Of a DNA stretch of 64,000 nt, positions 24,437 through 37,981 are shown one piece after another. The stretch covers positions 43,738,459-43,802,458 of the forward strand of contig NC_092395.1 in the NCBI RefSeq assembly GCF_030028105.1. Reading direction: 5' to 3'. This DNA is from Mobula birostris (Eukaryota). Numbering within the stretch: the first letter of the stretch is position 1; each line of letters opens with the position of its first letter. Made by a program: the position numbers and the translations under genes. Under the pieces are notes generated by a model that saw nothing but the letters and a program-made list of their open reading frames with translations, searched no databases and had not been told where the DNA came from.

Positions 24437-24862
24437 CATAGTCATAGTCATAGTCATGCTTTATTGATCCCAGGGGAAATTGGTTTTCTTTACAGTTGTG
24501 CCATAAATAATAAATAGTAATAAAACCATAAATAACTAAATATTATTATGTAAATTATGCCAGGAAATAAGTCCAGGACCAGCCTATTGGCTCAGGGTGT
24601 CTGATCCTCCAAGGGAGGAGTTCTAAATTTTGATGGCCACAGGCAGGAATGACTTCCTATGATGCTCTGTGTTGCATCTCAGAGGAATGAGTCTCTGGCT
24701 AAGTGTACTGCTGCGCCCACCCAGGATATTATGTAGTGGATGGGAAACATTGTCCAAGATGGCATGCAACTTGGACAGCGTGCTCTTTTCAGACACCACC
24801 GTCAGAGAGTCCAGTTCCATCCCCACAACATCACTGGCCTTATGAATGAGTTTCTTGATTCT
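24437..24862 (-). mobile_element. 5'-truncated Rex1-like LINE 3' end
   Basis: (CATAGT)n tail, short TSD GTTAGT, and C-terminal peptide KLHAILDNVSHPLH..SQRLIPLRCNTEHHRKSFLPVAIK. Confidence 0.75.
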
Positions 24863-25350
24863 GTTAGTAACTCAGCCAGCCTCATCATTAGCATGCATTA
24901 GAACAGCTTCAAAAGGTGATGCCTCAAAAAGGTGGTATCTCTTATTAATGACCTTTATCAACCAGGCCATGTCTTCTTAGCATTGCTACCATCAGGAGGA
25001 GGTCAGGAGCCTGACGACTCACAATCAATTTTGGAAGCTTTTTCCAATCTGCCGTCGGATTTCTGAATGTACAATGAACTCATCAGCATTTTTCATTCTT
25101 CTCTTTTTGCAGTACTCATTAATTTATTTTTCCATATGCACCTCATTATAATTTATAGCGTGTAAGACAATGTTTTGCAATGTATTGCCGTTACAAACAC
25201 AAGAACTTTCATGACATATGCAGGTGATATTAAACCTTACTCTGATTCTGGTTCTAATTGTGGTAACAGGTTAATTGGTCATTGCAAATTATTAGGTTAC
25301 AGCAAAATCAGGGGTCCTGGGCTCTGCGGATTAAAAGCTGGAAGGGCCTA

Positions 25351-26951
25351 CAGTGACATGCAAATGTTTGAGCACACCTGGTCAAAATTTCTGCTACTGC
25401 GAGTGAAAGATGACCTGATTTCCAAAAGGCATAAAGTTAAAGATGACACATTTCTTTAATATTTTAAGCAAGATTACTTTTTTATTTCCATCTTTTACAG
25501 TTTCAAAATAACAAATGGAAAAGGGCCCGAAGCAAAGGCTTGCACACCCTGCACGGTCAGTATTTAGTTACACCCATTTTAGTAAGTATCACAGCTTGTA
25601 AGTGTTTTCTGTAGCCAGCTAAGAGTATTTCAATGTTGGTTTGAGTTATCATCGCTAGTTCTTCCTTGCAAAAGGCTTCTAGTTCTGTGAGATTCTTGGG
25701 CCGTCTTGCATGCACTGCTCTTTTGAGGTCTATCCACAGATTTTCAATGATGTTTACATCAGGGGACTGTGAGGGCCATGGCAATACCGCCAGCTTGCTC
25801 TTGAGGTTGTCCATTGTGGATTTTGATGTGTGTTTAGGATCATTATCCTGTTGTAGAAACCATCCTCTTTTCATCTTCAGCTTTTTTACAGAGGGTGTAA
25901 TGTTCGCTTCCAGAATTTGCTGGTATTTAATTGAATTCATTCTTCCCTCTACCAATGAAATGATCACCGAGCCACTGGCTGCAAGACAAGCCCAAAGCAT
26001 GATCGATCCGCTCTCGTGCTTAACAGTTGGAGAGGTGTTCTTTTCATGAAATTCTGCACTCTTTTTTCTCAACATACCTTTGCTTATTGTGGCCAAAAAT
26101 TTCCGTTTTAAATTCACTAGTCAACAGGACTTGTTTCCAAAATGCACCAGGCTTGTTTAGATGTTCCTTTGCAAACTTCTGATGCTGAATATTGTGGTGA
26201 GGACGCAGGAAATATTTTCTTCTTATGACTCTTCCATGAAGGTCATATTTGTGCAGCTGTCGCTGCACAGAAAAACAGTGCACCACCACTGCAGAGTCTG
26301 CTAAAACTTTTTGAAGGTCTTTTGCAGTCAAATGGGGGTTTTTCTTTGCCTTTCTAGCAATGCTACGAGCAGCTTTCTCAGAAAATTTTCTTGGTCTGCC
26401 AGACCTCAACTTGAGCTCCACCATTCCTGTTAACTGACATTTCTTAATATTACGAACTGAGGAAACAGCTACCTGAAAACGTTTTGCTATCTACTTACAG
26501 CCTCCTCCTGCTTTGTGGGCATCATTTATTTTAATTTTCAGAGTGCTAGGCAGCTGCTTAGAGGAGCCCATGCCTGCTGATTGTTGGGACAAGGTCTGAG
26601 GAGTCAGGGTTTATATAAAGCTTTGAAACTTGCATCATCTGGCCTTTCCTAACGATGACTGTGAACAAGCCATAGCCATAACAAGCTAATTAATGTCTGA
26701 GAACTTCGCAAAAGTTATCTGAGAGCTCAAATCTCTTAGGGTGCCCAAACTTTTGCATTGTGCTCCTTTCTTTTTTTCCACTCTAAACTTATACAAAACA
26801 AAAATAATACATTAATCTTGCTTAACATGTTGAAAATGATGTTTCATCTTTAACTTTATGACTTTTGGAGATTAGTTTATCTTCTACTCACTTAACTATT
26901 CACAGTAACAGAAATTTTGACCAGGGGCGCCCAAATCTTCGCATGCAACTG
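25351..26951 (-). mobile_element. Tc1-like DNA transposon, full span, frameshifted transposase
   Basis: TA TSDs and TIRs CAGT.CATGC.AA..TTTG.GC..CCTGGTCAAAATTTCTG. HTH region at 26044-26424; DD34E region at 25557-26117 (QQDNDPKHTS, WPSQSPDVNIIENLW). Confidence 0.95.
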
Positions 26952-27000
26952 TATTCCGCGCAGTATCTCAAACGAAATACACTCCAGTCTACCTTGTTTA

Positions 27001-27002
<2 letters not shown>

Positions 27003-27062
<60 letters not shown>

Positions 27063-27074
27063 TGTGTGTGTGTG
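27003..27074. repeat. (TG)n microsatellite
   Basis: Directly visible; one interruption. Confidence 0.98.
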
Positions 27075-27319
27075 AGAGAGATGGTTCCATTTGCCTGTTT
27101 CCCTTTAACGTTCCTTTTCCCCTGATTATGCCCTAATTTCAATTATTAGATTTCCAATTGCTGCTAGTTTACCTAATTACAGTACACCTGGTTTTCATCA
27201 CAATCTGTGAAATAAGTATGATGGCTTCTCTTTCTCAGGTTGCCAGTTTGTTGGTTTAGTCTCTTGTGATACCTCATACTCTTGTCCGCTTAGAACCGTT
27301 AGTTCTAAGTTTAGTTCCA

Positions 27320-30300
27320 TTCCTTTTCAAATATTTGTATTGTTATATTATACAAAAGAAATAACACAAGTACATTAAAGTATAACACTTAAAATGTCTC
27401 AAAAATACATTATCTTAAAGATTGAAAAACATTTTTGTGATAACAAAAAAACCTACTAAGCAGAGAAAGTGAGAAAAAAAGAACCCATCAGGTGTACAAC
27501 CCTGGAGTCATGCGTCATACACAAAGTGTCCAAAAATAAACATCAAACCACCAGCAAGAAAAGAAAATATACTAAAAAAAAAAAAATTACAATTAGATCG
27601 TGGAAGAAAAAACTCTATCAATAAGTTCAAATGATAATAACAAGCGAATGAGCCCCATCTTTTCTCAAAATCAAATAAAGGTTCAAAGGTTCGACTTCTA
27701 ATTTTCTCCAAACTAAGACATAGCATCACTTGAGAGAACCATTGTGACAAAGTGGGAGCTGATCTATCTTTCCACCTCAACCAAATGACCCTCCTACCTA
27801 TCATTGTAACAAATGCAATAACATATTAGTCAGACACAGGAATACCATGACTATTTTGAGGAATTATTCCAAAAAGCACAGTTAATTTATTAGGTTGTAG
27901 AGTAATTTTAAGTGCTTGAGAAATTGTTGAAAAAAACGACTTCCAGAACTGTTTCAATATTAAACAAGACCAAAACACATGGGTCAGTGTGGCTATCTCA
28001 GTTGTACATCTATCACCATGACTATAAACATTAGAAAACTTTACAGAAAGTCTCTCATTCGTCAATTTATAACAATGTACAATTTTAAATTGAATCAATG
28101 AATGACTAGCACAAATTGAAGACGAGTTAACCAACTTCAAAATCCGCATCCAATCCTCTGTCATAAAAGTCAAATTGAGGTCCTTTTCTCAATCCAGTTT
28201 AATCTTGGATAAAGGACGCTTATCCAATTCTAATAATAAATTAAAAACTTTTCCAATAGAACCGTTGAAATAAGGATTCATACTCATAATAGTATCTAAC
28301 AGGTCAGCCTCCAATATGTGCGGAAAATTACTTAAATATTTTTGTAAAAAATGTCTAACTTGAAGGTATTGCAGAAAGTACGAAAGAGAAAATTTGTCAA
28401 TTAATTGTTCAAAAGACATCAATCTATCTTCTTAAATAAATCCAAAAAAGAATTAATACATTTATTTTTCCAAAGTAAAATAATTGGATCACTCAAAGAA
28501 GGCTTTAAAAAGTAATTTCAAAAAATTAAAATGCAAAGTTTAAATTTTTAAGGTTAAAAAAATTGCAGAACTGTAGCCAAATTTGTAAAAAAAATACATA
28601 ATCACAGGATATAGGTTTACATTAACAACTTTAGCTAATTGCATAGGTAAAGCAGCTCCCAGAAACAAGATTAAATAGAACTGTTTTACAACTTTCAGTT
28701 CCAGGTCTACCCAAATTGTCCGATCACTCTTATCAACCCAATATAACCAAAAATGACATGTTTCGCACATTAACAACCCAATAATACATTCTTAGATTAG
28801 GCAAAGCAAGACCTCCATCCTTTTTCTATTTTTGTAAGTGACATTTACTTATTCTTGGTCTTTTATTATTCCAAATAAAAGATAAAATAATTTAATTAAT
28901 CCGATGAAAAAACCTCTCAGTCAGAAAACAGGAATATTATGAAATAAATATAAACATTTTGGTAAAATCATAATCTTAACTATATGAATACGACCAACAA
29001 GTGAAAATGTAAGCGGACTCCATCTACTAAATGAACACTTAGAGTCTAATAAAGGAACAAAATTGGCTTTATAACGATCCTTATATTTTTTAGAAATTAT
29101 GATACACAAATATCTAAAAGAATCTGTGACTTTAAAAAGAGTATTATCATATATAGAGACAATCATTTAAATGAAACAATTCACTTTCAGTAAAATTTAT
29201 TTTATATCCTGAAAAACCTCCAAATTCATTAAATAATTTTAGCAAGGTAGGAATAGATTCATCAGGATTAGGTATATAAACCAATAAATCATCAGCGTAA
29301 AGAGAGATCTTATGCATGGTCTCATTCACAAAAATCCCATGGATATTTTTAGCCTCATGAAGAGCAATAGCAAGGGGATCTAATATTAAATTAAACAACA
29401 AAGGACTTAATGGACAGCCTTGCCTTGCCCCCCGTGACAGCTGAAAAAAAGAAGACATGCAACTGTTAGTGACAACACTAGCAATAGGGGCTTTATATAT
29501 CATTTTAATCCAATTATTAAAATCAGCACCAAAGCCAAATTTCTATAAAGCATCAAATAAATATTTCCATTTGACTCGATCGAACGCTTTTTCAGCATCC
29601 AAAGATACAACACATTGTGGAGTTTTAAAAGAGGATGAAAATATAATATTAAATAGTCTCCGAACATTTGAAAAATAAGACCGACCCTTTATAAAGCCTG
29701 TTTGATCTTTACAAATAATTTTACCCAAAATATTCTCCAACCGATTGGTCATGATGTTTGACAGAATCTTAGCGTCAACATTCAGTAATGAAATAGGTCT
29801 ATATGAAGCACAGTCAGTGGGATCTTTATCTTTTTTAAGAATTAAAGAAATAGAAGACTCATTAAAAAGTAGAGGGTATGTCACCTTTCACAAAAGAATC
29901 CTTAAACATTTCCAACATATATAGAAAAAGCAACTTTCCAAATTTTTAAATAAAATTCTACAGGATAGCCATCAAGTCCCGGGGACTTACCAGCTTGCAT
30001 TGAAAAAATAGCTTTATGAATTTCGGATTCAGTGATTTCAGCATCGAGTTTTTTGATCCTCAGCCGACATTCTAGGAAAAACAATATTTCGTAAAAAAAA
30101 AATCATTCAGTGGAATCTAACGGACACTGAGATTTATAAAGTTCAGCATAAAAATCTTGAGAAATCCTATTAATTCCTTCATATTCCTGAGCCAAGGTAC
30201 CTTCTTTCCTACGAATTTTCATGATTTGCCTTTTGGCTGCAGCCATTTTTAATTGAGATACGAGCAGTTTATTATTTTTATCTCCAAACATATAAAATTG

Positions 30301-33197
30301 GTTCTTTAACTTAAACAAATATCCTTCAATGGGATGCGTTGATAACAGGTTATATTGTGATTGAAGTTCCACCCGTTGTTTAAATAAATCAATATTGGGG
30401 GAAATTGCATAGATATAATCTAAATCTTTAACATGTTTTGAAATTCTATCTAATTTCGCTTTAGATTTTTTTTAAATTTAGCTGAATAAGAAATAATCTG
30501 ACCACGTAAAACTGTTTTAAATGTATCCCATATAATTAATTTAGACATACCACCTATATCATTAAAAAGAAAAAAAACCTTATCTGGGTTGCAGTGAAAT
30601 TGACGAAGTCAGAGTTTTGCGATAATGTCTGAGACATGCGCCAAGGTGGGTGGACAAAAATGACATAATCAAATTCAAAAGACAAACTCAGAGGCGCATG
30701 ATCAGATATAGCAACAGTGTCATATTTGCAAATTTTAACACGGCAAGAAGCGGGGATCGATTATAATGTAATCAATCCTCGATTATTTTTATAAACATGC
30801 GAGAAGAAAGAATATTCTCTATTATTGGGATGGAGATACCTCCACAAATCAATCAACCCAAAATCAATCAAAAAGGAATTAATGAATGACGTGGATCGAT
30901 TTTGAAGTCACTCATTGGTTGAGCTCTTATCAATCATAGGATTTAGGCAGCAGTTAAAATCCCCACCCATTGTCAGCATATATTCATTTTAATTAGGTAG
31001 TAAAGCAAATACCTCTTTAAAATAAAAGAAGGATCATCCAAGTTAGGAGCATACAAATTAACCAAAGCAACTTTTCTATTACAGATCGTTCCTTTATCAA
31101 TTAAAAATCTACCATTAGAATCTGATTCAATATTCTCTTGAATAAATAGATTAGGTTAAATAAAAATAGACACGCCTTTTGTTTTACTCTGAGAAGTAGA
31201 GTGGAATTGCAAACCATTCCACCATCCTAAAAATCTATTTTGATCTCTCGCCCTGATATGTGTCTCTTGAACATAAAGTATATAAGGTTGGAATCGGTTA
31301 CTAATTTTAAAAGTCTTTTTTCATTTAATAGGATGATTCCAAACAATTACATTCCAACTTATTATATTAATCCGTTTAAATACCATACTATAATTTTATT
31401 CTACTTTATATATGCGCAGAGCACATACCAATACGGGATGATCAAAGATGGCGGTGATGACGAATACAAACACATAAAAAACACGCATGCTCCGGAACCA
31501 CTCAAAGGGAAAAAAAAATCTCCTAACTCTAAACCCACCCACCCACCCACCCACACCCGGAAGCCCAAAAAAGGCAAGCGACCTGCTATAGAGTTCAAAG
31601 CCACTGACCGCTCTGTCTGTGTTTTCTTTTCCTCCCCCCAGTTAGTAAAGAAGTAAAGTGACCTTGTAAAAAAGACAATAAAGTCTCAGCAAAGAAAGGT
31701 ATTTACATTCCATCAACTAACAAACAAGAAAGAACCAAAATAATGTTATCTCTTAGAGAGAAAAGCAGCGCCATCTTTAAGTTAAATATTAATCCCCTGA
31801 AAAACATTACATTCAATTATAAAATGTTATAATAAAAGAGAAAAAAATAATAGTATATTTGACCTAGCTGAATTTTCAAAAAGACTGATTAATAAGTCAT
31901 AAGTAATTAAACCCTCCCAAATATATATAGCCCCATTACTAGAAAAACTACCAATTAGCTGATTAAAAAAAGAAATATACAAAATATTAAATTAAAGGAA
32001 CAAATCCCCTTATCTTCTTCTCTCAGTCGAATGTTCACGTGATTATTTAGACAGTCATACTTGAGCCGTAAATCTTCTTTCCAAAGTAATACCAACAATA
32101 TGCAAAAATGAACAACTCTCCTTGTCTTCTTTAATTAATTTCTCAATGAAATATGCAAATGACCTTCATAAATCTTCTTTCTAAAATGCGAATAATATAC
32201 AGATAGCCAAATAGCCTTTCACATAGTTCCTTCAGCAGCGACGTCGGTAACAACGGCTGGTATAGCCTGAACAAAGACCAGCGCAGCTTTCGGATCAAAA
32301 AAAAAGTCCGAGGAGGAGAATTAGCAGGAAAAACTTTAACTCTTGCCGGATACCTCAAAGAGAGAAAGAGATTTTTTTTTATCATATGCCTGTTTCATTA
32401 CCAGGGCAAATTTTGATCTTTGTTCCATAATCTCCCTTGGATAATCTTCGTAAAAGCGGAGCTCAGATTCCATAAATCTAAAAACTTTGTTTTCTTGCCT
32501 GTCGCATCATTTGATCTTTAATTTTAAAGGGATAAAAGCAAACCAGAACAGATCTTGGTTTACTAGAATCCTTCAGTTTTGAAATAAACGCCCTGTGTGC
32601 CCTTTCGATAGCGGGCAGCTTTGACAGAATGGTAGGAAATAAAGCGTGGAAAAGCGTACCGAAGTAAGCAGTTAAACCTCCATCTTCAGTTCCTTCTCGC
32701 AGTCCAACAATTCTTATATTCTTTCGGTGAGACCTAGTTTCCAGGTCTTTAATCTGATTTTGATATCTTTCCAAACGAGTTGTATCTTCAGACGACTTTT
32801 GCTTAGTTATCTTCAATTCCTCTTCATTTGTAATAACTTGAGTTTCCAGGTCTTTAAGTTTTCCCAGAACGGAGTTAATTTCATTACTAATCTTTCCCAG
32901 TTGGTCTTCCATTGATCCATTCTGATCTTTAACTGAATTCAGTGTCCGAACGATATCTTCAGCCCACGATGGCATTTCATCAGACCTTTCCTTTTGCACC
33001 TTTCCTGTCCCATTACTTTTATCACTAGGTTCAGCTAAATTCTTCCTATTTCCCGTAGACATAGACATATTGTTCCCCGTCAAGAATCAGTAAATAAAAA
33101 TTTTAAATTCAAAGTTTAAACAAGGGGGAGAGAAAGAAAACTAAGGCCAGCACAAAATTAGTGCTACTCCATTTGCAGATAGGGGCGGTCCTCCTAT
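27320..33197 (-). mobile_element. Full-span L1-clade LINE (degenerate ORF1 and ORF2)
   Basis: 11-bp TSD GTTTAGTTCCA (27309-27319, 33198-33208). ORF1 at 32478-33083 (RKNIRIVGLREG, IERAHR). ORF2 starts MVFKRINIISWNV at 31386, with RT motifs SLDAEKAFDRV, RGARQGCPLSP and SLYADD. Confidence 0.93.
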
Positions 33198-33477
33198 GTT
33201 TAGTTCCAAGTTCTGCTCTAGTTTCAAGATCGTAGCTGCAGATCCCGTCTCCTTGTCAAGAGTCCTCCGGTTTGCAATTCTACGTTCACGTCTGCGCCAG
33301 CATCCTAAATTCATTCGATGTGCCGGTGTCCTGCACTTGGGTTCTCCTCAGTCGCCCCGTGCAACAGAACGAACTGGCCAACTTGAACCCAGCGGACAGG
33401 AATCCTCTGCAGCGAGACCTCGCCAGCCAGGGTTTCCTACTGGGCTTGCACGATCGGCTGCTCCAGGAAGTCATGCA

Positions 33478-34107
33478 GGGAGGGAAAGATGGCGGCGCGA
33501 TGCAGCGCACGCGGCCGTTCCGAATGATATCGTTTGTGTTAACTAGTGGGCTGTGCACAATCCGGATTTGATGGAGACAGCAGTGAGAAGCATGGAGGAA
33601 CACCTGGAGAAACTACTGAAATGCCCGCTTCGCTGCCGCTGCACGAATCTCTGGAGCGGAAGGCCCCAAATCCTCGGCTTTGTCTATTACTTGTTGCCAG
33701 GACCGGGTCGAAGCGCTCGGCAGCGGTGGTGCTCGGTGCTCGGTGTCGGAGAGCTGGTCGGAGGCTCGGAGTTTTCGGACGGACTCGGAGTCGGACTGTG
33801 GTCAGATGCTTCCAGGATGCTGCATCAGCAAGTTTGCGGCGCTGGAGGTTTGCCGTCTGTGTGAGATGATGGGACTTTCGAGAGCCTTTGAGACTATCAC
33901 CGTGCCATGGTCTGTTCTTAACAAATTAACCGCATTGCTTTGCACTGTTGTGACTATATGTTATAATTATGTGGTTTTTGTCAGTTCCGTTTTTAAATCG
34001 GTTTCTCATGTGTTTCTGGAAAAAAAACATTGTATTATTTCTTAATGCATGCATTACTAAAAGAAAATAAAAGAGGACTGCGCGTCCTCATAATCTAATC
34101 TAATCTA
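33478..34107 (+). mobile_element. Non-autonomous retroposon (SINE-like), copy 2
   Basis: Homologous to 3142-3795; (AATCT)n tail; interrupts the sushi-like gag. Confidence 0.75.
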
Positions 34108-35869
34108 AAAACCTCCGTTCCCTGTCAGTAGACGTAAGAAAGGTCAGTGAAGAGGTCGACAGAGTATCCACCCATCTTACCCCGTCGACTCCGGGAACGC
34201 TGTCTGACCAGCCCAGACATCCTGTATTGGCGATGCCCGATGCGTCAACAACACGTCCGCTAAGAGAGCCGCACGTACCTGAACCAGAACCCTACGCCGG
34301 AGATCTGGGGAAGTGCCGGGCTTTTCTGCTGCAATTCTCCTTTGTGTTCGAGCAGCAGCCATCCACATACGCCGCAGACAGGTTTAAAATAGTTAACATT
34401 ATATGGTAGTTGAGAGGAAATGCCTTAGCGTCCGCCACCACCATTTGGGATAATCAGCCAGACACCTGCTCTTCCTTCATCTCAGAAATAAGGAAGATTT
34501 TTGACCATTCCGTCTGCGGTAAAGATGCCGCTAAGCGGCTACTCACCCTCCATCAGGGCTCACGTAGTATTGCCGAATACTCCGTGGAGTTCCGGCCACG
34601 AGCGGCCGAAGCGGGCTGGAATGATGAGGCACTCCAGGAGGTATTCCGGCAAGGCCTCTGTGACAAGGTAATGGACGAGTTGCCAGCTAGGGGATGACAC
34701 TAACAGCTTGGATTCATTGATCTCCCTAGCCACAAGGCTGGACAACCGACTCCCAGAACGTCAGAGAGAGAATCGGTCGTCCTACTCCTTTGGCTACCCC
34801 ACGACACGATTTACCATCTACTCCCAGCCCTAACCTCTCTGCTCCTCCTCCTCCTCGAATAGCATCCGGCCCGGCCGTTTCCACCAGCCCAGGAGAAGAA
34901 CCAATGCAGCTGGGACGGAGCCGTCTATCTCCCTCAGAGCGAATCTGGAGATTCAGAGCAGGGGATTGTTTCTATTGCTGTCAGTCTGGACGTTTTCGTA
35001 TTTCCTGTTCCCATCGGCCAAAAGGGAGGGCTCACCAGTAGAAAAGGGGACTCTGGTGAGTCAGACTACATTCCCTTCTGTCCCCCAATTCCGGATGCAG
35101 ATCCAAGCCACAACCAACAGTCCCTGTCCTTGTCTGCCTTGATAGACTCTGGTGCTGAGGGGAATCTGTTGGATGAAAACATAGCTTCTTAGGCCGGAAT
35201 TCCCCATGAGCCGTTGACTACCCCTCTGGAAGCCCGAGCACTGGACTGAAGACTTCTGGCCGAGTCACTCACTGTACCCCACCACTGTCTTTGATTCTCT
35301 CTGGGAACCATCGGGAACAGGTACAATTTAACTTGATCTCCTGTCCTCAAGCTCCAATGGTACTTAGGTACCCCTGGTTAAGCCGCCAGAATCATTACAT
35401 TGATTCATCCACCGGGAAGATAGCCAGCTGGAGTCCGTTTTGTCACGCCACTTGTCTACAGTCGGCCCTTTCCCCTGTAACAACTACCGCGACCTCATCT
35501 GCCGCTGAAACCCCTGACTTATCCAGGGCTCCAGCAGAGTACCACGATCTGGGGCAATTGTTTAGTAAACAATACACCCTTTCCCTGCCTCCACACCGAC
35601 CGTACGATTGTGCTATCGACCTTCTCCCCAGAGCTCCTCTACCCACCAGTCGATTGTATAACTTGTCCTGGCCAGAGAGGGAGGCAATGGAAGGTTACAT
35701 CAGTGAATCTCACGCGGCGGGCATTATCCGACCCTCTTCCTCCCCGGTGGGCGCAGCGTTCTTCTTTGTAGGTAAGAAGGATGGTTCTCTCCGTCCTTGC
35801 ATCGACTACCGAGGCATAAATCATATTACTGTAAAGAACAAGTACCCACTGCCTCCTCTCAGTTCTGCG

Positions 35870-37981
35870 TTAGAACCCCTTCACGGAGCTACCATCTTCT
35901 TGAAGTTGGACCTGCGAAGCGCCTACCATCAAACACACGGGTGCGAGTCGTTTAATTACTTCTTCTAAAGAGCCGCTTTGTTCGGGGATTAAGGGAGAGA
36001 CCTTATCAGTAGACCTGGCCAAAACAATAGCCTTCTCCCATCTGATCAATCCCATACTAATCTTTTCAAAATGTTTTTTTTCTCTTATCAGGGGGCCCCT
36101 AGCTTCATTGATTTCCACGCTAACACCGACTAGGTTTGTTAGCATATCAAAAGCCTGTGACCGTCTCAGTTCGCGTCGGTCATGATCAATAACATCCTTC
36201 CCCCTAGGCAGCCGGTAAACCTCTTTCATGATTCCACCAACTGTTTTCTCCAGCACCGCAAAATGTCCACCGGGGGGTACCTCGGGGGCCATGTTAAAAA
36301 TCTCATCCTCATAACTCTTTTGCACCACCCCCCATTCCTCATCTGCGGGTACGGTACTTGGTTTCCCTTCCTTCCTTAGCACTTCCTCCTCCACACAATA
36401 GCCTACTAGTTCCCTTGTTAAAGCTGTGTCAGTGAGAGCTCTCTCTGCCAAAATCATCAGCCGCTCGTCTCGCTCCTGCGTCTGCACAAATTCTTTCCTG
36501 GCTACTGCTACGTCTGTCCCAGCTCCCTCACTACCTCTTGTCTCACTACACTCCTTTTCATTTTCTACCCCCGTCTCGTACAAGACTGGCAGAAACGTCT
36601 CAGCTAAATTTACTACTGCGGTCCCGTGATGAACCTGTGAGTCCATGGACGGGGCCTCAATGCTGGCAGGCTGACCTGTCAATCTCACGACTGGGAACAC
36701 GATTCCCCCGGCGATGTCATTACCGAGCAAGACTTCCACGCCTTTCATCGGTAATTCGGACCTCACCCCGATCGTGACTAGTCCAGAGACCAGGTTGATT
36801 TGTAAGTGTATCTGGTGCAAAGGGACTGACTCTGTCCCTTCCCCAACACCTTTGACCTCTACCTCCCCAGACTGGGTCTCTGAGCTAAACTCTAATACAC
36901 TCTTCAGTATTAGTGACTGACACGCTCCCGTGTCTCTCCAGATCCGCACTGGAACTGGTTTTAACCCCTCCTTCACTGACACCAATCCGGCCGAGATAAA
37001 CCTCTCGCGCCCTTTCTGAACTTTGGCAGACCTGTCCTTCCCTAGCGGTTCGTTTACCAACTCGATACAGCCATTCAAAGTCACCGTTTTTCCTTTTCCC
37101 GTCTCCTTCTTTGGGGCAAAGCACCTGGACGCAAAGTGTCTGACTTTCCCGCAATTATAACAGACGACCCCAGGAGACTTCCTGCCAGACTGCTCCCGGT
37201 CTACCTTGTCCTTCTCACTAGTCCCCGGCTTACTTTCTGACTTTTCCGGCGGACTCTCCCCGCCGTCCTGACTACCCTTCTGGTAGCCTTTACTCGGGGA
37301 AAACTTCATTTTATGCGTCAACGCATACTCATCCGCTAACTTAGCAGTTGCGGCTAAGGTGACTGCCTCTTTCTCATCGAGGTAGGGTCTCATATCCTCA
37401 GGGACACAACCTTTAAACTGCTCAATCAGGATCAGCTGTAGCAGTCTGTCATAATCCTCCTCTACCTCCTTCGAGGCGCACCAACGCTCACAATATGTCT
37501 GCATCTCACGGGCAAACTCTAAATACGTGCGGTCCCGCTGCTTCCTCGCATTCCGGAACCTCTGCCGGTATGCCTCCGGGACCAACTCATAAATCCTGAG
37601 GATGGCCTCTTTCACCACCTCATACCTCTGGGCATCCTCCGTAGACAAAGCGGAGTAAGCTTCTTGGGCTTTCCCTTTCAGTACACTCTGAAGTAAAACA
37701 GCCCATTTATCCCTCGGCCAGTCCTGACTTATAGCCACTTTTTCGAAATGGAGGAAGTACCGATCCACGTCGGTATCGTCAAATGGGGGAACCAGCCTAA
37801 CCTCCTGGGTCGCCCGGAACCCTCCACCTTGGTTTGGCACGAGTCCCTGCTCTGCCCTTAACCTTAACTTCTCCAGCTTGAATTCCCTTTCCCTCTGTTT
37901 CTCCAACTGCTGCAACTGTCTCTCTCTCTCTTTCTCTTCTCTCTCCAACTGTCTTTCTCTCACTTTCTCTTCTCTTTCCAA
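35870..37981 (-). CDS. Retrotransposon gag-protease ORF (703 aa; N-terminus in shifted frame 37797-38318)
   Basis: The ORF track gives an uninterrupted 703-aa frame with gag core, CCHC-like knuckle, DTG protease and integrase zinc-finger remnant. The frameshift lies in the GA-rich repeat near 37900-38010. Confidence 0.8.
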   Translation of the reverse strand: MEREEKVRERQLEREEKERERQLQQLEKQREREFKLEKLRLRAEQGLVPNQGGGFRATQEVRLVPPFDDTDVDRYFLHFEKVAISQDWPRDKWAVLLQSVLKGKAQEAYSALSTEDAQRYEVVKEAILRIYELVPEAYRQRFRNARKQRDRTYLEFAREMQTYCERWCASKEVEEDYDRLLQLILIEQFKGCVPEDMRPYLDEKEAVTLAATAKLADEYALTHKMKFSPSKGYQKGSQDGGESPPEKSESKPGTSEKDKVDREQSGRKSPGVVCYNCGKVRHFASRCFAPKKETGKGKTVTLNGCIELVNEPLGKDRSAKVQKGRERFISAGLVSVKEGLKPVPVRIWRDTGACQSLILKSVLEFSSETQSGEVEVKGVGEGTESVPLHQIHLQINLVSGLVTIGVRSELPMKGVEVLLGNDIAGGIVFPVVRLTGQPASIEAPSMDSQVHHGTAVVNLAETFLPVLYETGVENEKECSETRGSEGAGTDVAVARKEFVQTQERDERLMILAERALTDTALTRELVGYCVEEEVLRKEGKPSTVPADEEWGVVQKSYEDEIFNMAPEVPPGGHFAVLEKTVGGIMKEVYRLPRGKDVIDHDRRELRRSQAFDMLTNLVGVSVEINEARGPLIREKKHFEKISMGLIRWEKAIVLARSTDKVSPLIPEQSGSLEEVIKRLAPVCLMVGASQVQLQEDGSSVKGF

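Larger units (their letters stand above)
22850..25250 (+). mobile_element. Old Rex1-like LINE relic, part of the duplicated unit and split by later insertions
   Basis: SSSLTINIG and W.YSNNLALSVSKT.ELI.DFR-like segments; paralogue at 45530-45610 plus 47880-48900. Confidence 0.7.
19950..27074. repeat. Old tandem segmental duplication, unit A
   Basis: Collinear homology (roughly 70-80% by eye) with 40640-49104. Shared order: LINE relic, unique block 20580-20880, HE1-like SINE relic, 21250-22000 block, Rex1 relic, SINE tail, (TG)n. Confidence 0.8.
27075..35925 (+). mobile_element. Sushi-like Ty3/Gypsy element (LTR, gag, PR, start of RT), 3'-truncated and interrupted by L1 and a SINE
   Basis: LTR ends ..GCAACA near 33366. 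Gag PEPYAGDLGKCRAFLLQ..; zinc knuckle CFYCCQSG; protease LIDSGAEG-like; [37 protein letters not shown], where it stops. The left LTR boundary is approximate. Confidence 0.85.

Noticed and set aside
26865-27142. ORFs with CVCVCV/THTHTH runs (also 48948-49211)
   Set aside because: These are translations of (TG)n microsatellites.
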